A DNA stretch of 64,000 bases from Candidatus Kaiserbacteria bacterium CG10_big_fil_rev_8_21_14_0_10_47_16. Its GTDB lineage: Bacteria; Patescibacteriota; Minisyncoccia; Phycocordibacterales; UBA918. The translations under genes and the position numbers were made by a program. This document shows positions 56,041-64,000 of this stretch, piece by piece. Under the pieces are notes generated by a model. It saw only the letters and a program-made list of their open reading frames with translations. It was not told where the DNA came from and did no database searches. The first letter of the stretch is position 1. Each line of letters starts with the position of its first letter. The stretch is taken from positions 335,860-399,859 of the forward strand of contig PFBI01000006.1 of assembly GCA_002773395.1 (NCBI GenBank), read 5' to 3'.

Positions 56041-57072
56041 ATGGACACTGCTTCGCAACAACTGACGTCAAATTATACTTTGCTAAAAAGAGAGCGAAGA
56101 GGCATCCCACATGCGTTTGTTGTCATTACTATTATTGTTGGAAGTGTGTGGCATTTGTGGCAAGTTCAATACGCACACGTAACTCCACAACGTACAGGGG
56201 GAGAACTCGCTGCACTTTCGGGAGATCTTATTTTTCATACCGGGACACCAATTGAGCAGGCAAACGGGGCTGAGCTTTTGGGTATTGTGGTCTATTCTTC
56301 TGACACACCTGAACTCAGCACCGTACTTTCATCTGATGAAAACCTTTTTATATCAGGAGCAGCGCTCTCACCTGATCGAAGTCGCGCTGCCGTTGCTTCA
56401 AATATTTTTGGCGGGGAGACTGCAACCGTACAGGTTGTAACATTGAGTACCGGAGAACGAACGGTGATTGATGAAGGCGTCAGTGTCCTTTTTGGAACGC
56501 CGATTTGGTCAGCTGATGGAAGTACTTTTGTGTATACACGCGCAACACTCGACCCGAATGCAGACGGAGACGATGCACTCACCGCCATTACAGAAGAACA
56601 TATGGTGAAAGTGTCAGCCGTAAGTGGCAGTCGTGTGGATAGAGGCGAGGGGACACCCGTGGCGCTTTCACCAGATGGAAAGGCAATTCTCTCTCGTACT
56701 ATAAACGGCACGCTCGTATTTCAAGATCAAGAAGGTGTGATCACCGACCTTGAAGGAACAGATACAACAGAAATTCTTATGTGCGCCCAATCACTCGATG
56801 GGTCGCGCCTTATTTTGATACAGGGTGGCAAGGCGGCACTCTATACTATTGATTGGGGCACCCTCACACTCGGAGAAGGGGTTAGTATGGGTGACGGATA
56901 CACGAGTGCAACGTTCGATCAGTCAGATGCAATGGCACTCCTCCGTACTGATGGATCTGTTGATGTATTTCATATAGAAAACGAAACACCGGTCTTCGCT
57001 TCAACGTATCGCCTGACGATGGATGTGACTGCACAGACAACAACACTCCTTGATTGGATTAATCCGCAATAA
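56041..57072 (+). CDS. Membrane-anchored beta-propeller-like protein (TolB/PD40-like repeats), copy 1
   Basis: N-terminal TM (AFVVITIIVGSVW) and repeated LSPDGK / WSADGS motifs. Paralogous to 58557-59606. The track ORF starts at 55990. Confidence 0.5.
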   Translation: MDTASQQLTSNYTLLKRERRGIPHAFVVITIIVGSVWHLWQVQYAHVTPQRTGGELAALSGDLIFHTGTPIEQANGAELLGIVVYSSDTPELSTVLSSDENLFISGAALSPDRSRAAVASNIFGGETATVQVVTLSTGERTVIDEGVSVLFGTPIWSADGSTFVYTRATLDPNADGDDALTAITEEHMVKVSAVSGSRVDRGEGTPVALSPDGKAILSRTINGTLVFQDQEGVITDLEGTDTTEILMCAQSLDGSRLILIQGGKAALYTIDWGTLTLGEGVSMGDGYTSATFDQSDAMALLRTDGSVDVFHIENETPVFASTYRLTMDVTAQTTTLLDWINPQ

Positions 57073-57076
57073 CGGT

Positions 57077-58474
57077 ATGCAACATTTACGCACAAAAGTA
57101 TCGCTGCGACACCTACTCATATATATAGGAGTAGCACTTGTACTCGTGGGCTCACTCGCGTCATTTACCGATGCGAGTAGCACCACATTTCGTGCAGGAC
57201 TCCAAGCAGCTGATTCCAGCGGATGCGGAAATCGTGTCGGCACGGCGCAGTACACACCAGACAGTAGTAGTGCAGGATGGTCATCCTATGCATACGATGG
57301 AGGAGGTACGGATGTGACATGCTTTAAAGTGTATTCAGATCCAGGACCAGCGAGTATGGATGTTCGTGTGTGTGTTCAGGCGTATAACAATGGTGTGGTG
57401 TACGCAGAACGATGTACGAATTGGGCCTCTGCAGGTGGTGGATGGTCATCGTATTCTTCAGATAAAGATCTCGATGCAGCGCGCATTAAGGTGGAAAATA
57501 GAGCAATGCCGGCCAACCAAACACTTGCCAGTACATACCTTGGTATACAGCTCGCAAAGGGAACAAATGGCGCGTGTAACCAACCGGGTGCAGCGCGATA
57601 CACGTCAACAAGTGGTGGGTGGTCGAGTTGGGCACTCGACGGATCAGCAGGGGATGCAGATTGCATCCGAGTATTTCTCGGTGCAACCGTTGATACTGCA
57701 ATTTATCCAACAGTGAGTTTCTCTGCAAATCCATCAGTCATCGTGTCGGGCAACTCATCGACGCTCACATGGAGCGCAAGTAACGCGACGAGTTGTACGG
57801 GGTCTGGATTTTCTACCGGAAATGCAACGAGCGGAAATAGAAGCGTCTCGCCAGTCGTTACGACGCAATATAGCGTGCGCTGCTATTCTTCAACAGGACA
57901 CTCAACAATTAAATATGCGACCGTTACCGTAAACAGTCCGACGCCAACAGCGACACTCGAGGTTCGCAATGATACAACAGGGGGTACATATACAGGAAGC
58001 AACATCACGATTAATCAAGGAGAACAAATTAGTCTCAAGTGGAGCTCGAGTAACGCCACCAGTTGTGCAGGAAGTAATTTCTCAACGGGTGGAGCAACGA
58101 GCGGTACACAAAGTTCAATAAATGAACCGGCAGTAGGGAGTAGCGTAACGTACACCCTTATTTGTACTGGCTCAGGAGGCTCAGGAAACGACGCGCTCGT
58201 GGTGACGACAGTAGCACTTCTTCCGCCAACACTCACGTCGCCGCAAGAAGGGGAGCCGGTGCGTCGAAGTGATTCCGCAACGCTTAATTGGAACCTCAAT
58301 GGAAACAATCCTGCGCAGTGTTCATTTACGGGGACAGGAGTCCCGAGCAGTATTAGTGCGCAGACAGGGTCATTCAATATTACGGTAGAGGGAGAATCGA
58401 CAATAACACTCACGTGCCCAGGAGGGAGTGATGATGTTACGATCACCATCGTTCCACAAGTTTTCGAACAGTAA
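57077..58474 (+). CDS. Secreted protein with an N-terminal duplicated Cys/Trp-rich domain and three Ig-like repeats (LTWSASNATSC...TYTLxC), copy 1
   Basis: Signal anchor, and internal repeats read directly. Paralogous to 59603-62290. The track ORF begins at 57050. Confidence 0.55.
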   Translation: MQHLRTKVSLRHLLIYIGVALVLVGSLASFTDASSTTFRAGLQAADSSGCGNRVGTAQYTPDSSSAGWSSYAYDGGGTDVTCFKVYSDPGPASMDVRVCVQAYNNGVVYAERCTNWASAGGGWSSYSSDKDLDAARIKVENRAMPANQTLASTYLGIQLAKGTNGACNQPGAARYTSTSGGWSSWALDGSAGDADCIRVFLGATVDTAIYPTVSFSANPSVIVSGNSSTLTWSASNATSCTGSGFSTGNATSGNRSVSPVVTTQYSVRCYSSTGHSTIKYATVTVNSPTPTATLEVRNDTTGGTYTGSNITINQGEQISLKWSSSNATSCAGSNFSTGGATSGTQSSINEPAVGSSVTYTLICTGSGGSGNDALVVTTVALLPPTLTSPQEGEPVRRSDSATLNWNLNGNNPAQCSFTGTGVPSSISAQTGSFNITVEGESTITLTCPGGSDDVTITIVPQVFEQ

Positions 58475-58556
58475 TTTTTCTTGTCCACAAAAGAAGCGCA
58501 ACGGCGAAGCCGTTTTGTGTACTCATGAGTGATACACTTATTCTATATAGTCATAT

Positions 58557-59606
58557 ATGGATACCACTCTTTATACACAACCAGAGGGATATGGTGCATC
58601 AAAAAGTACCAAAGCATCAATCCCGACAGCGTTTGTTATTATTACCGTTATCGTGGGGGCAGTGTGGCACGTCTACCAACAAGGAGGACTTCAGTTTCTG
58701 CCGCTAGACCGCAATACGGCACATATTGAAAGTGAAGGGAACCTTCTTCCGGGAGATATTATGTTTTTTACAAAAACACCTCTCGAGTATCCTGATGGCA
58801 CACAAACATACGGTGTCGCGCTCCACTCGAGTGACGGTGTCGTCTCAGATGTAGTTCCTATTACACCGGAGTTACCGATGACGGATGTGAGCAGCTCGCC
58901 GAGAGGAGATATGTTGGCAGTGGTGTATAACGGCTTTGGTAGGGAACCATCACGAATTGAAATTATTACGATTGATGGTCGTGATCGACAGGTTGTTGCA
59001 GAAGCAGACGATGTATTTTTCTCTACACCGGTTTGGTCGGGTGATGGCGAGAGTATTCTGTATGCGCGTAACACTCTCGATCATTCGTTGCCGAGAGAGG
59101 ATGTGGTTGCTCACCCAAGTAAGCGAGAGCTCGTGCGTCTTTCTCTAAGGGACTCCGCTACTGCGACAATCGGAGAAGGTATTCCGATTGGGCTCTCTTA
59201 TGATGGTACACAGTCACTTCTAGTTAACTCGTCGGACGAGCTTGTTATGACAAATGCAGACGGTACACAGAAAGTACTCGCGCCGCTCGGTTCATTTGAA
59301 TATTTTGAAAGTAGTCTGTCACAAGATGGTCGTACGGTAGTGGTAGTAGTCGATGATCGCGTCCAGATCATGACACTCAATTGGAAACTGAACACGGTTG
59401 AATTCCAAACAGCGTTCAATGATGTTGTAATGAGTTCCGTGTTTGATCAAGGGGGAACTCCTCTGCTTCTTTTCCCGAACGGTACCCTCAGAACATATGC
59501 GCTCACCGATCTGGGGTGGATACCGGTTGAGAAATATACTGTGCGAGCACAGTTTCAGGATGGTGCGGTAAAGTTACTTCGTTGGAATAATACAATGTCA
59601 CTATGA
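58557..59606 (+). CDS. Membrane-anchored beta-propeller-like protein, copy 2
   Basis: Same architecture as 56041-57072 (TM AFVIITVIVGAVW; SSPRGDMLAV and WSGDGESILY repeats). Confidence 0.5.
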   Translation: MDTTLYTQPEGYGASKSTKASIPTAFVIITVIVGAVWHVYQQGGLQFLPLDRNTAHIESEGNLLPGDIMFFTKTPLEYPDGTQTYGVALHSSDGVVSDVVPITPELPMTDVSSSPRGDMLAVVYNGFGREPSRIEIITIDGRDRQVVAEADDVFFSTPVWSGDGESILYARNTLDHSLPREDVVAHPSKRELVRLSLRDSATATIGEGIPIGLSYDGTQSLLVNSSDELVMTNADGTQKVLAPLGSFEYFESSLSQDGRTVVVVVDDRVQIMTLNWKLNTVEFQTAFNDVVMSSVFDQGGTPLLLFPNGTLRTYALTDLGWIPVEKYTVRAQFQDGAVKLLRWNNTMSL

Positions 59607-62290
59607 TGTCTATGCAGCACATACAACATATTCTGAAGATAGTGTCTCTAACTCTGTTCATTTTCGGCGGATTTGTCATGCTCCCATCTCAAGTAGAGGC
59701 GAGTGGGACAACACTTGTTGCGGGACTTCGGGCAATGGACGTCAATAGCCAGTACTGTTCCCAGCGTGAAGGTTCACCAGGATATACGCCAGATACAACA
59801 AGCGCTGGCTGGTCGTCTCTCGTGCGAGACACAGGAGGGGCCGACATCAGTTGTGTAAAAGTATATGCAGACCCTGGGCCATCAACGAAAGATGTTCGAA
59901 TTTGTATACAATTAGAAAACAACGGAACGTATTTTTCTTCAGTCTGCACGAGCTGGGCCTCAGAAGGTACAAACGGTGATAGTGTGTCCTCATGGTCTGC
60001 AGGGAAAGACAATGACGGCATTCGCATTTCGGTTGAGAACAGAGATATGCCGTCAGGGCAGACGATAAGCGATGTTCAGCTTGGCATCCAGCTTTCAAAA
60101 AAGAATAGTGGTATATGTAATCAGCCTGGTACTACTCAGTACACGCCGATTGGTGGAGGGTGGTCATCTTATGCTGTTGATGGGGGCAACGGGGGATACG
60201 GAGGAGACTTTGACTGCACGAAGGTATATCTGAACTCAACCATCACCACAGCACCGAGCCCAATATATCCAACGGTTACATTGACCGCAGATCAAAACCC
60301 AATCACTACAGGGGGATCCACCACACTCCGTTGGACTTCAAGTAATGCGTCATCATGTAGCGCAATTGCAGGAAGTGGATTCTCAGTGAGTTCTACAAAC
60401 GGAAGTGACGGAATTTCACCAACCTCTTCCCAAACATATACAATTCGCTGCTATTCATCGACGGGGCACAGCTCCTCAAAGTCAGTGAATATGGTGGTGA
60501 ACGCTGCGACAGCCCCCACAGCATCACTTTCTGCGAGCAGTAACTCGGTGTCATCAGGAAGTACGGTGACACTCACGTGGTCTTCAACAAACGCAACGAG
60601 TTGTTCAGGTACGGGGAGTGGCTTCGCAACAGGCAACGCAACCAGTGGAACAGACACCGTAAACCCAACTGTCGACACTACTTACACACTCACGTGTACT
60701 GGCACTGGTGGCACAGGTACTGATTCAGAAACAATTACTATTATTGTCACAGGTCCGCCGACCGTAACACTTACCGCAACCCCTTCCACGTTTGCGTCAG
60801 GTAGCTCGTCGACACTTACGTGGTCATCGTCTGGCGCAGACACTTGTAGCTCTTACGGATCACCTAGTTTTTCAACCGGAAATGCAACGAGTGGTTCTGT
60901 TTCTATTTCTCCAACAACAAATACTACGTACACCATCCGGTGTTATAACGCCTATGGATATACCAATGCGACCGCAACAGTTACCGTAACTGCGAGCGGG
61001 GGTACAGATCTTATTTCAGCAACACCGACACTTTACTCGGGTTCACTCACTGCAGGAAGTTCGCTCAGGTTTTCAAGTGTAGTTACAAATCAAGGCACTG
61101 TGGATACGTCAACATATTTCTACACTCTCTTTCAAATTGATGTTGATAATAACGGCAGTTATGACTGGACGTACGATTCCTACAATGGAACATTAGCAGC
61201 AGCAAACTCGGCTACGCAAGTAGCAACAAGTTGGACAGCGCTAGGTGGCACGCATTCGGTACGAGCATGTGCGGATACGCATTCATCAGGAGGTTCGAGC
61301 AATAATCGTATTACTGAGAGTGATGAGACCAACAACTGTAGTGCAGCGTATACGTTTACGGTCAGTGCAGCAGACCTCGTGACTGCAACACCAACCATTT
61401 CCCCTACTTCACCTATTGCAGGGAATACGATAACGTTCTCTGCAGTGGTTACAAACCAAGGAAGTGTGGACGCAGGAAGTTCGCCAACGCTCTTCGAGCT
61501 CGATATAAATAACGACGGTAGCTACGATTGGACAGGGAACAGTGGTGTAGGTTCGATTAACGCAGGGAGTACTCGAACCTACACACCAAACGGTGCAAAC
61601 AGTACACAAACAACGTGGACCGCAACTGCGGGGACACACACCATTCGCGCCTGTGCGGATAATTATTATCCTGATGGAAATTTCTGGGATAATCGTGTGA
61701 CAGAAAGTGATGAAAATAACAACTGCGCAACGTACACGTTTACGGTTGTAAACCCTGTACCGACCGCAACGCTTGAAGTACAAAATACGACAACCGGCGG
61801 TGCGTACACAACCAATGACATCAGCATTAGTAATGATGATCAGATCGCGCTTCGGTGGTCTTCAACGAATGCAACTTCATGCTCGGGATCAAACTTCTCT
61901 GCAGGAGGAACAACGAGTGGAACGCAGAGTTCTATTACTGAGCCGAGTCCTGGAAGTAGTACAACGTACACGCTTGTGTGTACAGGTGCTGGAGGGACAG
62001 GGAGCGACCCGCTTACGGTAACAACTGCAGCACTCTCGCCACCGACACTTACCTCAACACAGTCGGCCGAACCAGTTCTCTTAGGAAGCTCCGCAACGTT
62101 CAATTGGAACCTTAACGGAAATACCCCAGCCCAGTGTTCATTTGTTGGTAGTGGCGCCCCAGGGTCTATCAGTGCCCAAACAGGCTCATTCAACACAACG
62201 GTGCAAGGAGAAACCCGAGTGACGCTGTCGTGTCCGGGAGGTAATGTGTCGGTAACCGTCCGTGTGATTCCGAAGGTGTACGAGGAATAA
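59603..62290 (+). CDS. Large secreted protein (895 aa) with the same N-terminal domain and at least six Ig-like repeats plus two internally repeated insert domains, copy 2
   Basis: Motif blocks (GWSS...DG...DC.KVY, L.W(S/T)SSNA(T/S)SC, TYT(L/I).C) are shared with 57077-58474, and the C-terminal 90 aa are nearly collinear. Confidence 0.55.
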   Translation: MMSMQHIQHILKIVSLTLFIFGGFVMLPSQVEASGTTLVAGLRAMDVNSQYCSQREGSPGYTPDTTSAGWSSLVRDTGGADISCVKVYADPGPSTKDVRICIQLENNGTYFSSVCTSWASEGTNGDSVSSWSAGKDNDGIRISVENRDMPSGQTISDVQLGIQLSKKNSGICNQPGTTQYTPIGGGWSSYAVDGGNGGYGGDFDCTKVYLNSTITTAPSPIYPTVTLTADQNPITTGGSTTLRWTSSNASSCSAIAGSGFSVSSTNGSDGISPTSSQTYTIRCYSSTGHSSSKSVNMVVNAATAPTASLSASSNSVSSGSTVTLTWSSTNATSCSGTGSGFATGNATSGTDTVNPTVDTTYTLTCTGTGGTGTDSETITIIVTGPPTVTLTATPSTFASGSSSTLTWSSSGADTCSSYGSPSFSTGNATSGSVSISPTTNTTYTIRCYNAYGYTNATATVTVTASGGTDLISATPTLYSGSLTAGSSLRFSSVVTNQGTVDTSTYFYTLFQIDVDNNGSYDWTYDSYNGTLAAANSATQVATSWTALGGTHSVRACADTHSSGGSSNNRITESDETNNCSAAYTFTVSAADLVTATPTISPTSPIAGNTITFSAVVTNQGSVDAGSSPTLFELDINNDGSYDWTGNSGVGSINAGSTRTYTPNGANSTQTTWTATAGTHTIRACADNYYPDGNFWDNRVTESDENNNCATYTFTVVNPVPTATLEVQNTTTGGAYTTNDISISNDDQIALRWSSTNATSCSGSNFSAGGTTSGTQSSITEPSPGSSTTYTLVCTGAGGTGSDPLTVTTAALSPPTLTSTQSAEPVLLGSSATFNWNLNGNTPAQCSFVGSGAPGSISAQTGSFNTTVQGETRVTLSCPGGNVSVTVRVIPKVYEE

Positions 62291-62362
62291 CATTGAGCGA
62301 GCGTATTGCACGGGCTATGGAAATGGGGTATAGTGTGGCCCACTAACGATTTATATTTTACG

Positions 62363-62626
62363 ATGGCAATTACAAAAGGAGCACAAAAAGCACACCGATC
62401 ATCGCTTAAGAAGCGTGTATTCAACACACGTCGCAAAAATGCAATGAACGATGTGGTAAAGAAAATCCGTAAGGCAGCGCTCGGCGGCGAAGCGAAGGAA
62501 GCACAAAGTATGCTTCCGGCAGCGTACAAAGCCATCGATAAGGCAGCGAAAGGTGGTTTGATTAAGCCAAACACTGCAGCACGAAAGAAGTCTCGTCTCG
62601 TTGCGGCTATCAAGCGCGCGAAGTAA
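62363..62626 (+). CDS. rpsT: 30S ribosomal protein S20
   Basis: MAITKGAQKAHRSSLKKRVFNTRRKN... is typical of S20. The track ORF begins at 62306. Confidence 0.85.
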   Translation: MAITKGAQKAHRSSLKKRVFNTRRKNAMNDVVKKIRKAALGGEAKEAQSMLPAAYKAIDKAAKGGLIKPNTAARKKSRLVAAIKRAK

Positions 62627-62642
62627 TCTTTCTGGATTTTAG

Positions 62643-62669
62643 AAAAGGGCCCCTTGGGGCCCTTTTTGT
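62643..62669 (+). terminator. Rho-independent terminator after rpsT (GGGCCCC-TTG-GGGGCCC + T5)
   Basis: GC-rich stem followed by a U-tract. Confidence 0.65.
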
Positions 62670-62976
62670 TGTGGAATTCTGCCACGTTAGTGTGCGGCAC
62701 TTGTTTCGTTGGTTCGGGGATCGACCCCCTTTCGAAGCGCTTCCGCTACACGGATTCTCTCTTCGCATGCGGCACATCCTTCGGCCTTGGCTTTGACGCG
62801 AGCTCCGCGGTCGAGCCCATTATACGAGGTAGAGATTTCTTTGTCTGTGATGCAGACGTGTGGGGCAGTGTTCCTGTCCATGAGGACACCTTTCTTTTGT
62901 GCAGGTCTCTTGTTTATAACTTTGAGTAGAGAGAGAAAGTAACAAAACCGGCGCATATGCACCGGATTTGATTGTT

Positions 62977-63101
62977 GCGGAGGGAGTGAGATTCGGCGTC
63001 CAACTCTAACTCACTACGTTCGTAAGAGTTACCTGCCCGGACTCGCGGGCTCGCGACATTAGGAATAGTCGCTCGCATCGCTCGTCTTTCGAATCTCACT
63101 C
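62977..63101 (+). repeat. Intergenic repeat family copy C, bounded by 12-nt inverted repeats GAGTGAGATTCG / CGAATCTCACTC that copy the tRNA-Ser T-arm and 3' end. The left boundary reproduces 19 nt of the tRNA-Ser 3' end.
   Basis: GCGGAGGGAGTGAGATTCG at 62977-62995 is identical to the plus-strand sequence of the tRNA-Ser 3' end at 63147-63165. TTCGAATCTCACTC at 63088-63101 is its inverse. The core hairpin GCGAC-CATTAGGAATAG-GTCGC is at about 63053-63072. Confidence 0.5.
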
Positions 63102-63107
63102 TCAATA

Positions 63108-63142
63108 AATAAAAACATCTGAAAGAATTCAGATGTTTTTAT
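63108..63142. terminator. Bidirectional terminator (AAAAACATCTGAA-AGAA-TTCAGATGTTTTT) downstream of tRNA-Ser
   Basis: Near-perfect palindrome flanked by A and T runs. Confidence 0.55.
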
Positions 63143-63147
63143 TCAAG

Positions 63148-63234
63148 CGGAGGGAGTGAGATTCGAACTCACGGTCCGGTTTCCCAGACTCCTGTTTTCA
63201 AGACAGGTGCAATCGACCACTCTGCCATCCCTCC
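63148..63234 (-). tRNA. tRNA-Ser (anticodon UGA), class II with a long variable arm
   Basis: Reverse complement GGAGGGATGGCAGAGTGGTCGATTGCACCTGTCTTGAAAACAGG...GTGAGTTCGAATCTCACTCCCTCCG. The anticodon loop CTTGAAA gives TGA. Confidence 0.8.
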
Positions 63235-63353
63235 AAGGTATGGACTTCTTGATATATTTTGTTCGTCCGTTCTTGTGCTCACTGCGTTTTGCAGTGAGAG
63301 GATAGTAACAAATTAGACCACGGTTGTACATATTCGCATGCTAGAATATACGC

Positions 63354-63824
63354 ATGGCAGAAGCAGTACAAGCAGTGACGTGGGAGGCTACACAGCACCA
63401 TCATATTGAAAAAGGACAGGACTGGTTCTGGATCCTCGGTCTTATTGCGGTCGCAGGAGCGGTAGCCGCATTCATCTTCGGCGACGTACTCTTCGGCGTC
63501 GTTATTCTACTTGGCGCGATTGTGATGGCAGTGTTTGCGCTTCACGAACCAGAGATGAAATTTTTCGCTATTACCACTCGCGGACTTCGTATTGAAGATC
63601 AACTCTATCCATACGCAACCTTGGAATCATATTATATTGATGAAGATCACCCACAGGGAGCACAGCTCCTCATTAAATCAGAACGCATGTTTATGCCACT
63701 TCTGATTATTCCTATTCCGGATGAGTACACTGAAGAAATCGATGAAATCCTCCGTGTACGACTCCTTGAGGAACATTTAGAAGAACCGCTCGCACACCGA
63801 CTACTGGAATTTTTCGGTTTTTGA
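63354..63824 (+). CDS. Hypothetical membrane protein (two TM helices; acidic C-terminus)
   Basis: ORF with an extended -10 promoter (TGcTAGAAT at 63339-63347) upstream. Confidence 0.5.
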   Translation: MAEAVQAVTWEATQHHHIEKGQDWFWILGLIAVAGAVAAFIFGDVLFGVVILLGAIVMAVFALHEPEMKFFAITTRGLRIEDQLYPYATLESYYIDEDHPQGAQLLIKSERMFMPLLIIPIPDEYTEEIDEILRVRLLEEHLEEPLAHRLLEFFGF

Positions 63825-63840
63825 TGTATTCTGTTGCCAC

Positions 63841-63912
63841 GCCTTCATAGTTTAATGGATAGAACGCAGGTTTGCGGTATCTGTAATCCAGGTTCGATTC
63901 CTGGTGAGGGCA
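63841..63912 (+). tRNA. tRNA, probably Arg (anticodon read as GCG; assignment tentative)
   Basis: Acceptor GCCTTCA/TGAGGGC with one G-U, D-arm GTTT-AATGGATA-GAAC, anticodon stem CAGGT/ATCTG with loop TTGCGGT, T-arm CCAGG-TTCGATT-CCTGG, discriminator A. The GCG anticodon is unusual, so stem registration should be checked. Confidence 0.55.
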
Positions 63913-63922
63913 CAAACGCGCG

Positions 63923-63951
63923 AAAAAGACCTCCCCTGCGGGAGGTCTTTA
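63923..63951 (+). terminator. Rho-independent terminator after the tRNA (GACCTCCC-CTGC-GGGAGGTC + TTT)
   Basis: 8-bp GC-rich stem and a U-run. Confidence 0.6.
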
Positions 63952-64000
63952 GCGTTTGTGAGCCGGAGCGATGTTTCGGCTATTCCTAATGCCGAAACCG
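63952..64000 (-). repeat. Intergenic repeat family copy D (reverse orientation), truncated by the window end. Core hairpin TTTCGGC-CATTAGGAATAG-GCCGAAA at about 63975-63998.
   Basis: The reverse complement CGGTTTCGGCATTAGGAATAGCCGAAACATCGCTCCGGCTCAC matches copy A almost exactly. Confidence 0.5.

Noticed and set aside
62654-62962. Three mutually overlapping ORFs (62654-62929 +, 62709-62942 +, 62687-62962 -) downstream of rpsT
   Set aside because: No frame has RBS, promoter or recognisable family support. The minus-strand 91-aa frame (…CITDKEISTSYNGLDRGARVKAKAEGCAACEERIR…) is the least implausible but has only weak cysteine spacing. It is left uncalled pending a homology search.

Overview
The window looks like a compact bacterial chromosome segment with Candidate Phyla Radiation / Patescibacteria-like traits. 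Genes are small and tightly packed. The spc ribosomal cluster (rpsN-rpsH-rplF-rplR-rpsE-rplO-secY) has no L30 gene. A PrgI / VirB4 / VirB6-type gene set is present. The replication-origin neighbourhood is here: rpmH-rnpA-yidC on the minus strand faces dnaA-dnaN on the plus strand, with DnaA-box-rich spacers. Other recognisable genes are adk, map, ndk, infC-rpmI-rplT, cca, xth, cspA, xerC/D, ruvA, ruvB, ruvC, yebC, pilB, tsaE, polA, holA-like, tyrS, PBP1A, a MurE-like ligase, trmH-like, an ECF sigma factor with a downstream partial anti-sigma-like membrane protein, corA, two NUDIX hydrolases, and five tRNAs: Pro-UGG, Arg-UCG, Lys-UUU, Ser-UGA and a probable Arg-GCG.

The most notable content:
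1. A 12 kb co-directional operon (21.6-33.5 kb) encodes a T4SS-like apparatus. It has a PrgI/VirB3-like protein, a VirB4 ATPase split into two translationally coupled ORFs, a VirB6/TrbL-like polytopic protein and seven uncharacterised secreted or membrane proteins. No relaxase, VirD4 or VirB11 is present.
2. A tandemly duplicated two-gene module (56.0-62.3 kb) pairs a membrane-anchored beta-propeller-like protein with a large secreted protein built of Ig-like repeats.
3. A new roughly 150 bp intergenic repeat family has four copies. Its core hairpin shows compensatory stem changes around a conserved CATTAGRRATAG loop. Three copies lie next to tRNA genes.
4. Two over-represented DNA motifs occur. 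One is GTTTCA-NN-TGAAAC palindromes clustered around yraN. The other is TGTCCTTTAY in direct and inverted pairs.
5. A candidate roughly 290 nt ncRNA has a consensus promoter and a terminator but no ORF (44.39-44.69 kb).

All coordinates I derived myself (tRNAs, hairpins, motifs, adjusted starts) are approximate to a few nucleotides. No tools were used.
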